64,000 nt of DNA from NCBI GenBank assembly GCA_036172245.1, contig JAYWIR010000053.1:434001-498000 (forward strand). The letters run 5' to 3'. Numbering within the stretch: position 1 is the stretch's first letter; every line of letters begins with the position of its first letter. Origin of the DNA: Raillietiella orientalis. Its lineage: Eukaryota. Below are positions 11,926 through 24,300 of the stretch, in pieces. The notes beneath the pieces were generated by a model, which was not told where the DNA came from, searched no databases, and was given only the letters and a program-made list of their open reading frames with translations. Made by a program: the position numbers and the translations under genes.

Positions 11926-14900
11926 GTAACTCTAAGAACGATCACATCGCAATTTTTTCATTTCCAATCAGTGATCAAACACGCGGATCTTCCATAATCT
12001 CGATTTATAAAATGGGAAAGAACCGATAATTTTGTACAAAGTTGCGATAAAAACGAGCTCACTTTCGGATTGAAATGTTTGCTTTGAACAAAAAGTTACA
12101 GACAATGATTACACCAGTCAAGGTTTTCCACTCATAAGCACTGAAAGCGGCGATGTACTAAGGATGACCTCAGCTGTGTGACAAAATAGTTTGCAAAAGC
12201 TTAGTTTATGCACAACACCATCATCGATGGATAACAAAGAAGCATTAATGTCCGCTTGGCGTTATTACATTTCCAATAATGTGTGGTTTCTCAAACAAGC
12301 ACAAGAACATGGAATCACAATATGCTAACAGTAAGCCTTAAGCATCACTCTCACGTTACCTACAATACGAAACGTCTGGGGAACCTTATTAATAAATATT
12401 CATTTGTTTAAGTACAACAGGGATGTCAAGTGCAAATGGCTTACATAAAATTGGCGCATGACCTTAGCAATGAGAAAACATAATGAGTGAGGCATTTCAT
12501 CCTAGTAGTTTCTTTATTTTCAGGGATATGCAATTTCGGGAATTCTTAATGAAATTTTCTTTCCCATTCTAAGGGAAATTTAGAATTATTTTTTATCCGC
12601 GTTCAAACGCATTTGCATTATGTAAGTTACGTAAATGCGTATTTCGTTTCCAGAATGCAAGGATTTTTTGTTTCATATTAAACATATGCTGCTTCTTATC
12701 AAAATGTTGCATAGGTACAATAAATAGTGAGCGTCTTAGGACTAGAACAAATTGCCAGCATTACTAAATTTCAGGTTTTATTTTTGCAGAAATGCAACGA
12801 TTTTAAAAGCCAGTATGTGTTTGTCTTTACCTATCCTTTATTTTTAATTTTCAATTCATTTACTGAGGACAGGAATGCATGCAAATTGAAATCAAATAAT
12901 ACACCTGAACATATTTGCATTCCACGAATAATGATATTTATAGATGCTAATCCATATTTTTATTCTTGATTGAGATTTCAAATGACAGTAATACAAATTT
13001 TGGAAATAGGCTACCTATGAATTTATACATCCGTATTCTGTATTTTGTTTGAAGCTTTAAAAAGCAAATGAATTTGTTTATTGAAGTGAATTTATTTGTT
13101 GGCTGTTGTTGCTCTTCGAACCTTTTTGTCTATTAAGTTCTTGAATGTAGAAAACGACCAATGGATTCAATTACGGCATTCGCATCTGTTTCTGTGCAAT
13201 CGGCTGTATTTTTTGTCTGTTTTTTGTTTAATATTCTTCCCAGATTGCAGATATGTTCCAATCCTGCTTTCACTGGTTCTCCATCTTGAATAACATCACA
13301 ATCTTGACTGTCTTCTGACAATGAAAATTTATTCTTATACTTATGAAATGATCATCACATCAGTTTTCAATGTTATACTTTGGTTTTCCATTGCTGTACT
13401 GTTTCCTTTGAGATATCCTATTTCCTTCAACTAGTATAAATGAATTTGTTTTCAATCTCATCTTTTCGGAGAAATGACGACAAGATCATTACAGGAATCT
13501 ATTTGTGAAATAGAATATTATAATAATAATAATGGATAATTCAGCATAAGACTGAATGCTACTAAAAAAATAAAAAAAAACATATAGGAAAAATATGTTT
13601 CTCAGATCTTTTGAATGTTCGTTTCAGCAGCATTCCATGAACTGATACTCGTGATCAAAATAAGAAACGTCTTCATTCTAGCCATCTAACACAACTTAAG
13701 ACAGTGCCCATTATTGCATCATCTTAAGGCTGGTTCCTGATATTATATGGATATTTATGCAATTTATACCCTTACCGAAATGTTTAGCATGTATTGCTAT
13801 GAAAGGAATGAGAACTACGCTTACTGTTCCGATGTGCTAACATTGAAATTTGAAATGATGGCCTGTTTCCTCTTTGTAGAACATTAATACACTACTAATC
13901 CTTTCATTTGGCTTCCTTTCAGCTCAATATGAATGCTATTTCAACGTAAGTAGTTTTCTTGCGTTGCCTGTTACCACGCATGGGTTGTAATTCAAGATTT
14001 ATTGCAATTATTGAATTATTTAAAGGCTTTCATATTTATTTTTTCTTCTGATTATGTTAATCCTATGCTGTTTTTTTTTTTTTTTTTTTCAATTCTAGGA
14101 GTAAGAATGATCAAGGAAAATCACTTGAAGATACTACAGAGATTAGAAATAAGAATTCAATACATTTCAGTCTTTGTTCATAAGTCCATGAAGACTCTAC
14201 CTGGGAATGTTGCTCATACTCAGAAAATCCCCTATATGGATCAAATCATTATTTTCAATAGCAAAAGTCTTTCAACCCTTGCTACAGTCCGTCTTTTCTT
14301 GGCCAGCCATTCTGAGGTGAACAAGAGAGACTGGCAAATGTTTCACTATTGCTAGCATTTGTCCTTGATAATAATTGGAGTAAGGAACATAAGATGTAAT
14401 TAAGAAAGAGTACAGAGTATGCTGCCTGACCCACACTCAACGATCTAGTACTTACTCTACAGATTCAACTCGTAACCTCATTTTCTTGCAGTGCTCATTC
14501 TGTTAAAGTCATAATGTCTTCAGAAGCGTAGCGGATGTTATCTTCCTTATTCATCCTGACTTCTACTAAAATGCACTTGCTAAAACCTCATTAATTAATC
14601 ACAGAGGCGGATCCAGAACCATTTCGCAGTTTTTCCTCACTTGACTCCTAGCATCTTCATCTTTCCCTTACGATCAGAGACAAAAGCAATTATCCTCGGA
14701 TTTGGACAAACAACTCTATTCAAACATTTCCTAGTATCATGTAAGAATAAATTCGATACGGTTCATCATCTCATTTCCAACTAAATCGTTTATATGTCGA
14801 CAGACTAGACAGTAACTAATGAAGGCAATCAATAGTAGTGTTAACATAACCGCTAGCCGGCACCAACATATACCCACCAAGAGCAACCAGAATTCTTGTT

Positions 14901-15269
14901 GCCCCCTCTGGATGCTGGATCGTGCTGTCCACGCATTAATTGCGTCCAATAATTTCGACCATTCTATAAATTAAATCATTGAATGCATAGTACACAGTAC
15001 ATAGTTTCACACTTCACGGTTGAAACACGGTTGAAATACAGTATGTATTGCTTTGAAAAACTCTCGCCAAGAAACGGTTTATTTCACCATCCTTATAACA
15101 GAATAAATATAAATAATGGATAGAAACAAAATGAATTCATTACCGGAAATTGAGTTATCACTCAATGTTTCTCCTTTTAAATTTTCCATTTTGCATTGAA
15201 TAAAGCTGCTGTTACTATGCCAACCAAAATGCAGAATTTCGTCCTCCTTTTTTCTTCTTCTTCTTCTTA

Positions 15270-16700
15270 ATTTTCAGGTACTTGGCAAGCTTGGCGTATC
15301 GAAAATCTGGAATGCGTTACCGATTGTTCGCCCATTGCCTCGATGGACGAAGGACGCGAATCCGCTCAGTTTTTTGTTCCTCGACGGGCTTCGGGTCAGA
15401 TGAAAGCAAGTCGCTTCGGTCGTCTGAGCTCGGGCTTTGCAGAAACGCGAAACCTTTCGGACGGAATAAGTGTAAACCTGCACGGATTACTGACGAAGAG
15501 CAGTTTTACTTGAATCACTGAAAGGAGTGCTCCGGACGTTTCTCTTCGGAGCGCAAGGTCAGCACTTGCATACAATAAAAAGCAACGTGCCATGATAATT
15601 GGAATAAGAGGTTCATGAGATCCGAAAAAGCGATTCAAGTTTTCTGCCTGAGTTCTTTATTGATTTAGGTGGCATCCCTAGCCTTGAAACCTTTTCGCCG
15701 CTTCCAAGATTAGAAACAAAAAAGCCTAATGAAGTCGACTAACACGTCGGCATGCTAAAGAATCCTTCTCTCCTTAATAGAGATAACATCTACAGAGAAG
15801 GGTAAAACAGAGCAGCCAGATTTTTCTTACTCGTTTTGGCCATGCGGGTTTCCGTTCAGAGCCAGCAGCCCCTCAACTTCATTGACGAATTTGGGCGTAG
15901 TCGGCAGGACGCCAAAGCGACCGTGTTCCCACAATTGCTACGCTCACAGAACCCACAGTACCCACGCTCTGGCTCATTTTGTGGTCCTCCTGCTGCTCCA
16001 TCACTGGTATTTGCTGCGGACCTCCTACGGAGATCGGTTCCCCTGCCACATCCCGTGGATTCCGGCATTCCCAAGTATGGACCGATTGCACAGATGTGCT
16101 TCAAGATTGGAAGCTGCCGGTCCATTCCTCGCCTGCAGGAAGCTTGTTGTGCAGCTTTTTCGGTGTTTTGATCTCATCGGGTTTCTTCCTTGGCTCTCGT
16201 TGTCGGGGAAACCCGATATGCTCCCTCCCCTCCAGATTTCGAATCGCTGGCGATATCAGAGGAAGGTTGAACCAGCTCCATGGTCTCTTTTCGTCACGAG
16301 TTGTCGATTTCAAGCATGACGGGAATTCCCTCTTCCGAACCACCGCGCATTTCCTGAGGGTGGTGCTTTGGGGTAAAGAGGTCCGCCTCGGGTAGCCGAG
16401 GCGACAGCGGAAGTCCCTCGTCGGTAGTGAGTGAGCAGTGTCTGTAGCGGATTTCGCCAAAGCAAGTCGCTCTTGGCGTTTCGCGCCAAAAGCTCAGCAG
16501 CGGTTCCGTACGAACGGGTTCTGTCTGCGTGCCAGCTCCAGATGGCGCACCAGCAGCGGGATTCTTGCCTTACGTTCTGGCGGTTTCGTTCTATCAATAC
16601 AGGAACCTCCTCAGGTCAGAGGTTCTTGCTCTTTCCGGCGGCCACTTCCCAGTGGATAAGCGAGTGCCTTGTTTACACTGAGGTTGTGCAGCGGTCCTTG
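15270..16700 (-). mobile_element. Degenerate non-LTR RT remnant
   Basis: Frameshifted DYRPIS-like sequence (~15890), VDF..AF-like (~15730) and RLGMPPKSIK (~15670). Confidence 0.35.
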
Positions 16701-16813
16701 TGTTAGCCAGCCATTTTCGAAAAGAACCGTAGACAAAGTTGATCAAAGTCGATGCTTCCTGATTTGTACGAAGACTCGGATCTGGCGCACAGCAACTCGA
16801 TAACTATAGTTAA

Positions 16814-17062
16814 GCAGGTTTGGACATCTACAAGTTGGGAACCGAGGGGAGAGGGGCAATAAATAGATAAATAAATAAAGGGAGGATGGGGACAAGGGGT
16901 TACCGGTCTCGTCCACCCCTTCCTTTTAGTGCCGGCGCTGGATACCGGCGATATTTGCCTTGACTTCCTGTTCTGGGTGAGACCACCTAGCAGACATCCT
17001 CATGTAAGCGGCTACCACCATACGGGTGACCTCCCCTCGCTGTGCCTGCGTCTGCAAGACAG
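16814..17062 (-). mobile_element. Tx1-like extreme 3' end fragment, copy D
   Basis: Encodes VLQTQAQRGEVTRMVVAAYMRMSARWSHPEQEVKANIAGIQRRH* plus a T-rich UTR. It is reverse-complement similar to 17892-18095. Confidence 0.7.
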
Positions 17063-18175
17063 GCCACCTGGTCAAAGCAGCCATATTGTATCCACGAACA
17101 TTCCGAAACAAGCATAAAGCAGCTCGACTTCTGCCCAGCTTCCGGTGCGGGATGTGGAGATTTTGAGGCAACTTGCTTCCCTTCTGGAAGTACATCCGCT
17201 TGGATGTTGTGCCGCCCGAAGGACTCGGACGACTGCTGGCAGAAGGCGGTCGCGTCCTGGGCTGCGTACCAGGGAATGCATCCGGAGGATGTCATACTTC
17301 GAGTAAATACCAGTCATCCTTCGAGAGAGCTGCTGCGGGACCCGAAAAAGTTGAGGACCCTGGCTGCCACACCTCTTGGCACAGAACTTTCTGCTCTCAG
17401 GGCAAACGATGGCAGTTGCCTATCGGCGGGGTGGAAGGAGTTCCCTGTACTACTGCAGGAAACACGAAACTCCTTGGCAGCTGGGGGACGCGCGAGCTGG
17501 CGATGTCGCCGCTCTGCACGCCATGACGAACGTATCTTTTCTGCGGAGTGAACTTTCAAGTGTTCCCCTCGATGAACCCATGCTCCTTGTGTTGGAGCAT
17601 CTCAGTGTTTCCGATTAAATGGAAGCATGAACACCTGGTTCCTGCGCTGGCCCCTCGTCTCCGGGGAAGTTGCGTCCCCGAACTGCGGCAGTTGCGAGGC
17701 CGCGGAGTCGACCTCTCAGCTGCTCTTCGACTGCGGCGCGCTCCACGAACTGTGGCGAAGGCTGATTTCGGCGCTCCACCTATAGGAGGACACCTCCCGT
17801 GACCTGCTACGGCTGCTCTTTGCGCGCGGCAGATTCACGGCGCAGTGATCGCGACGCTATATTGCGTCCGCGCCAGCGTCACGGCTCTCCACGTCTTGCA
17901 TACGCAGGTCCAGAGAAAAGGGATCACCTGTAAGACAGCCGCCTACATCAGGACGGCTGCTAGGTGACCTCACCTGAAAGCGGAGGTAAAAGCGGAGATC
18001 ACCGGTATCCAGGAACCTGCTCTTGTCCCTATGCTACCCTGATTTATTTATTGTCCCTCTCTTCCGTTCCCAACCTATAGATGTCCCGACCTGCGTGTCG
18101 ATGGACCCTCCCCTTGAACTTCTGTCTTCGGCTGGGAATTGAGTTCCCAACTGAAGCATTTTTACTGAATAAAGA
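17063..18175 (+). mobile_element. Tx1-like 5'-truncated copy C (ORF2 C-terminus and 3' UTR)
   Basis: PIKWK, then SPNCGSCEAAESTSQLLFDCGALHELWRRL...RDLLRLLFARG, homologous to the copy A finger region. 3' UTR has hairpin ctgggaattgagttcccaa and AATAAA at ~18168. Confidence 0.8.
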
Positions 18176-18199
18176 ACGCGGTGTGACTGGGTGAAAAAA

Positions 18200-20250
18200 T
18201 TCTGCCGTTCGTGCATGGCGTTCGTCCACAGGACCGCAGCGCACCCCAGCGGCAGATGCCGAAAGGCGTGAGGTCCCACATGAACCGCGATCGAGTGTGA
18301 GTGACCGCCGATAAGCCAAGGGTCTTCTCGATCATTGACAAACAAGACGTGCCTCCGTCGTCGAGGACCAGAATCGAGACAAAAGTTCTACGGAGCCTCT
18401 CTACATCTTTACAACCTTTACAGCTCAACTCCACAGAACTTATAAAAAGATCGCTCGAATAAGCGTGATGTGATAAGTGTGATGAATTTCTTGGTCCACC
18501 ATGTGAAATGGAGCAGACAAGACTCCAGTCAATTGTGGGCGCTTCCTTCAAGAAGATGGAAATGCATTTGTAACCATGGTCCCTCCGGGGCCATCAATTT
18601 CCAAATGGAAGAGAATCCGTTCTTGGTCTCAGGCTGGAGTTCTTCTCCCCTTCGGTTTTGACGAAATACCGGAACCGTTGTTTCCGTACGAAATGACAGA
18701 AGCAATGGAACTGCTTGATGTCGGGGTGCTTCTAGATAAAGCGTTCCTGGTAATAGTGTCCATCCAAAAATCGTACCCACAAATATCCTATTAAAATTAT
18801 GGACTGTTTGATTAGCCTATCCATTGTTTTTCAGATGTATGACCTCATTGTGTAACAGTTCATGCTGATGGTATTTCCTGTCACCGAGCATCAATGGTTC
18901 TCATTTTTTTTTTTTTTTCACAGACATACTCTGTTTTAGGCTTGCTTTCTGTCATCGAAGTTCAGCCTTTGAATTTCTTGGCCTTTCCTTTCTGTTTTCC
19001 CGATTTCGAAGCGGATGCAACCCTGCACCAGGCCGTCTGAAATAACAAGCAGAGCAATCCACGTGTAGCACTGATGGCTTTTAGAGTTCCCTACAGGAGC
19101 TCGAAGAGCTTTGAACTGTTGATGAGTTGTGCCTGAGTGTCCCCAATTCCAGAAGCCAGCTTGCGTGCTTGAAGTCTTCATCCTTCCTTCCTCACACGCT
19201 CGTTTGCCGTGACTGGTGTTCTCCCATATCAAATGCTTCTGTTTTCTCATCAATCGGGATTCATGCTGAAAGTTTTCAGTCAGTGTACTTGTCATCATTA
19301 ATTATGTTGCAAGAATGAGCAAAAACATTCCTCGGAGTAGTCTCTAAAGGTGTGAAAATTGGAGAGGAGTTTCGACGCAATGGGCACATTGATTCTACAA
19401 CACGAATAGCGCATGTTTAAAAATGTGTTGAACTTTATCGATATTCATATCAAGGAAAGAATCCAAAAATCGCCTTCAGAAACATTAGCAGAGAAGAGAT
19501 CCCTTTCAGCTATTATTGATTCGTGTCATGTTTAAAGAATGCCGCACTTTCTAAAACCAAGAGCATCAGAATTGCACTTGATATTTTTGCATTTGTGGAT
19601 CTTCGCTCTATCATCCACCCAAACACAGATGGAACAAGAAATAGAAGACTTGAGTTCTCCGCGGAACGAAAAGGAAAGTGACCTCGTCACGGAAACACGT
19701 TATCACGTCCCGTTCGCCAAGGTTCATGGAAATAATCTTCTGTACCAAAAAGTGAGATGGGATTCAATACAACGTTCTGATAATCCTGGAGATGGCGTAA
19801 ATCCAAAATGACAAGCCTACGAAGAGGTGAACATCTCTAGCAGCTTCCAGAGTGCATGTTGGCGTCATCACCAGAGATGTGCTATCTGTTTACAGTCTTA
19901 TGGAAAGCCTGACTTTCACAATTGTAAACAAAACAGTTCTCCGTTGGTTTGAAGACGCCATGGCATTGAAACTTTGCCTCATTTTTGAATTATGAACAGT
20001 TCTTTGGGTACTCAACCTTGCAAGGCCTCCTTTTCTTTTGCTTTCAGTATTATTAGATGATTAATTTCCATGTATTCCTTTTTCATAAATCTGGTTTTTT
20101 TCTCAGAGGGTTCTCAAAGGAATTTTTCCAATTAATAATGGATTTCTTTTTCTTTCCCCCCTAATATCCTCGTATCTATTTTCCATGTTCGTTTTTCTCA
20201 GAAAGCATAAAAAGATATCTCCTGAAAGGTTTCATTTCAATACTTGTCAT
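18200..20250 (-). mobile_element. Very degenerate L1-like ORF2 remnant
   Basis: IDWSLV...SCKGCKDVE (finger-like), HLIWE, LDMNIDK (~GL.IN..K). Weak overall. Confidence 0.3.
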
Positions 20251-21306
20251 GAGAAATCAAAAAGATTCGGCTGGGATTGATTTATTCACAAAATAAAAAT
20301 GCCCAGGAATCATCGGAAAAAAACAAACAAACAAACGTAGCAACTTTTAAGATGCAGGCATATAGATCCCAAAACAAGGGTTGCACAGCAGCGTTAATAC
20401 CAAAAGTTACATTCGAAAAGCTAAAACAACTTATGACAAATATATTTTGTGATTTTTAGTTCAGAAAACCCAATGGACCAAACAGGGAATACCATTTCAA
20501 GAATCCCATACTATCTCGCACGAATTTTTTTTTCCAATAGAAAAAAAAAGAACACTTTGCTTGGATCGTCCTCACCTCCGCACAACACCCCAAGAAAGTT
20601 TTCTCCAACGTGCACAATGATCACGAATTACAGCATTGCAATTCCCTTTAAATGGCGGCTTTTCGGAAGCTGGGCCGACTTGAATAAGTTAAGCAGTCAT
20701 CATCCCCATAGGTCCCTACTGACATCGTATGTCAGGGAATGGACCATCCGGAAGGATGCACGCCCGCAACCACGCAGTGCTGTGGGATCGTAAAGGTGAC
20801 TTTCCCTGCCATTCCACTTTTCCGTTCTGCCGACTTGGTGTACGCTGCTGCTTGGGCACGAGGAGGAACGGGGCAAACGGAGTCTGCTCTTCGTCTTGCA
20901 CCATCCACTTGTCAAAGACAGCTCTGCAGCCGCAGGGCCCCCGCCATTGCTGCCGCAACCGGTGGTCGCTTAGGCTTGCGGGATCTTCTCAGTGGAAGTG
21001 CCAACCTTCCCTCTCCCTCTCCATCAAGCTGCAGGGCGATTCTGCGTGAACGCCCCAGGCGCTTCTTCGGACGAAAGTGAACGTGGTTCCCCGAGACAGC
21101 GTCCTCAGGCGAGGTCAACGTCGGTCCAGCGGAGCCTCCGGGTCAGTAAGACGGACTTTTGTTCACCGCAGCTTTGCTTCCCTTCACTGCGGGCGTTCGA
21201 ATTGGTAAGCTCAGAAGGAGTGCTGCTGAATGTCATTGACGTTTCGTTCTTTAGGGCCGGCGTTTTGCAAAAGGCGGACAGTGAGTGTTTGAATGTCGGT
21301 GTGAAG

Positions 21307-24300
21307 ATGACATCCGATCATGAAAATTCCAAGCCCCTGACTGTAGAAGATTTCAGTAAAAAATTACAGCTTTGGTAAGGTTTGCAGTGCATTATAATAG
21401 ATGTATGAAGTAGTAATTTGAAGACTTCGATTCGTAATCCAGAAGTGTCATTGCATTTGTAAACATAAGGTATCATATGATGTGTACAGATAAATGTGTG
21501 CACGTATGTACCCGTAGAATGAGGTATATTTATGTACGTAAACAAATAAAGTGACAAAATAAGTTTGAAGTTCAGTCAAACTTGAAATTTGAATTTTTAT
21601 CGATCATTAACGTTATGAAATATTACTGTGTACTATTCTTATATAAATGCTAACCCGGGATTTTTATGGTTTCCTTGATTTTTACCCATTTGTAAAAACT
21701 ACAGTAATGACACGAACAGTTTCACAAGTTTTTTCACCATTTGGCAATGAGGGTGGCCTTTCTGGCACAATTAGTAAATTGATATTAATGCTGGATGTTG
21801 ATGGGTTAAATAAAATGATTGCTATGTGTAAGGAGATATGGTTGAATTTGGTTATGTTAGTATAAGAAGTTTTGAATTTGAAATTAAAAGAGATGATTAC
21901 AAAGATCTCTCGTGAGGATCTTTGTCTTAATTAAGTTAATGAGGTGTAATAATGCTGCTTGAATCAAGCACATTCCAGATTAGACTTAACCTGTTAATTT
22001 TTTTGATGTACTGAAGTGTTTTTTGAATCCACCAATCAAACCGAAATGCAGTGTTGTAGATGCATTTTAAACTGGATAGCTTGTATAGTACTTCAGTTTA
22101 GCTTGTGTAGTCGACATCAAGTAACTTTTTTTTCACAATACTTGACATTTTTGGTTTTTATGAATACTGTGTCATGTATATTCAAGGAAATCTCTTTTGT
22201 ATTCTTTTGTATTACTTAAAATCTGTAATCAGAATTATCAATGATGAATTTTTTTACTAGCCAGTCATAATGTAAACATCAATAATTTTAAACCTCTTTG
22301 AGATCTCTTGTCACATAGAAAAAGAATAATGTTAGTTATAATTAATAAAAAGTAACAATAGAAATAATTTATTATTACTGTTATTATTTATTATACATAA
22401 ATTTTATACTACAGAAGGTTGTATTGTTAAGGTAACATCTTTACAAGATTAATTAATCTTCTGTTCATTCTGGGAAAGAAATGCTTCCTTAATTTTCTCA
22501 TTATATTATATTCATGGTTTCATTGGAGGTTTAGAAAATGCCTAAATCTCTCAGTTATATATTGGGAATCTTTAGCTGGAACATTAAGGATGCCATGTTA
22601 ACTGAAAGATAGGATATATAAAATATATGATATATAATTTTATATTTACTTATTATTATTGTAGTAGAGTCATAAGCAAATATTTCAGATCATGTAGCCT
22701 CATGAATCTGACACTTTGGATATTTGTTTAGTTTTTCACCATGAAAACTAAAATAATTTTTCATTGACATCAAATTGTGATTATGGTTACTCCCCATGCA
22801 TTTAAGAGTATCAATCCCTTAAGATGTTTAAACTCGTTTGCAGTCTACACATATGGTTAGGAGCTAGAATTAAATTTTTTTTTGATGATTGCTTTTCAAT
22901 CATAATCACTCAAATTGTGTGTAGTTATGAAGTGTAGAAGCTTTGAAATGCCAGCACATTAGAATCCATGCTGATCGTATCAGTCAGATATATATTCAAA
23001 AAACAAACAATAAACAATAAGTAGCAGTTTTTAAAGACCAGGGATTAATTTGGGATGGAAGATACTGCACTAGATTTGCTACTTGGCAAAAACTCGGAAG
23101 AAAATCGGAGTCAGCTGAAATTCAAATGTCAACCACAAAGTTCAGGAATCTGGAACATTGGTCAAAATTTTGACATTTCCCAAGTTTGATGTGTAACCAC
23201 ATCATGCTCTAGGATGATTGGAATAATCTGACTTCCTTAAGATTTGTTCTCAATCAGCTTCAGTACTGGTATAGTTACCGAACGATTCTTCTTGAACGAA
23301 TCACCCTACTTGATAGGGTAATTTAGTTGGAAGAATTTATGCCATGTGAGTGCTTTTTACAAGGAAGAATGTGTATAAAGAAATGTTAGTGACCAGTTTT
23401 TTGAATTTCTTTGGTGGCATATGTAAATGTTTACCTGGTTTCCAGATCTTCAGAAACGGTTTACTCGAATTTTGTGAAAAAATTTTACGGGAACATCATG
23501 TAAATGCTGCTTTTCCTTCAAAAGGCGACTTCCTGTATTTGTTGTTCACTTCATTATGTGTGTTTTCTGAAACAACGTCATGCTAAAATGTTATTCCATG
23601 ATAATTAAATTAAATTATTGGAACTTGATGATACAAGAACTCTTAACCATTTTCCCAGCATGACCAGTTCTTAGTCAATATTAGACTGTGCTAAGCCTTC
23701 CGAGTTTTCAGTGCGTCAGAAGTGATATTTCAACTCTACTTTGATCTGTGCGGTTTCTAAGTTGATTGATCTTTATTGAAATCTATTTGGAAATCTACTT
23801 CTATGTGTTTGTATGTGTTTGTGCTCCATGTAACTGTCGTTAAGAAAGTGATTACATTCACCGTCTTCTCGGACAAAAGTGAATCACCTACTGAATCCAG
23901 AGGAATTTTTTCGTGTGGACTAGAAATCAGGAATATTTCCGGAGCCTCTAGGAGTTCTGCTAAGTCTCGAATAGAATGCTGCGTGTTGTTTTCGTGGAGT
24001 TGCATGCCATGTGGATTCATGGTTTGCAAATGCATCAATCATCTCTGAAGCTTCCATATTAAAAGCGTTCATGTTCTTCAAAATGGATCGATAAGGTGTG
24101 GTCAGTCCTCTGTATTCCATCGCATGATTGACAAATTGTGCAGTCACATGGGGGAGCAAAATGCCTTGGTATTTCTCAGATGCTCGTAATAGGATTCTCG
24201 TTTCATATGAATTCTGTTTGCAAAACCAAAGCGAGATCCACGATCTGCAGGAGCCCAAGTTTATTAACTGGACGGTTTGGATGCGCGGAGGAGACTCTCC

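Noticed and set aside
20700..21100. GDFPCHS / SANLP as an APE remnant upstream of OFD1
   Set aside because: Motifs are too weak and lie in different frames. The region may simply be the GC-rich OFD1 promoter.
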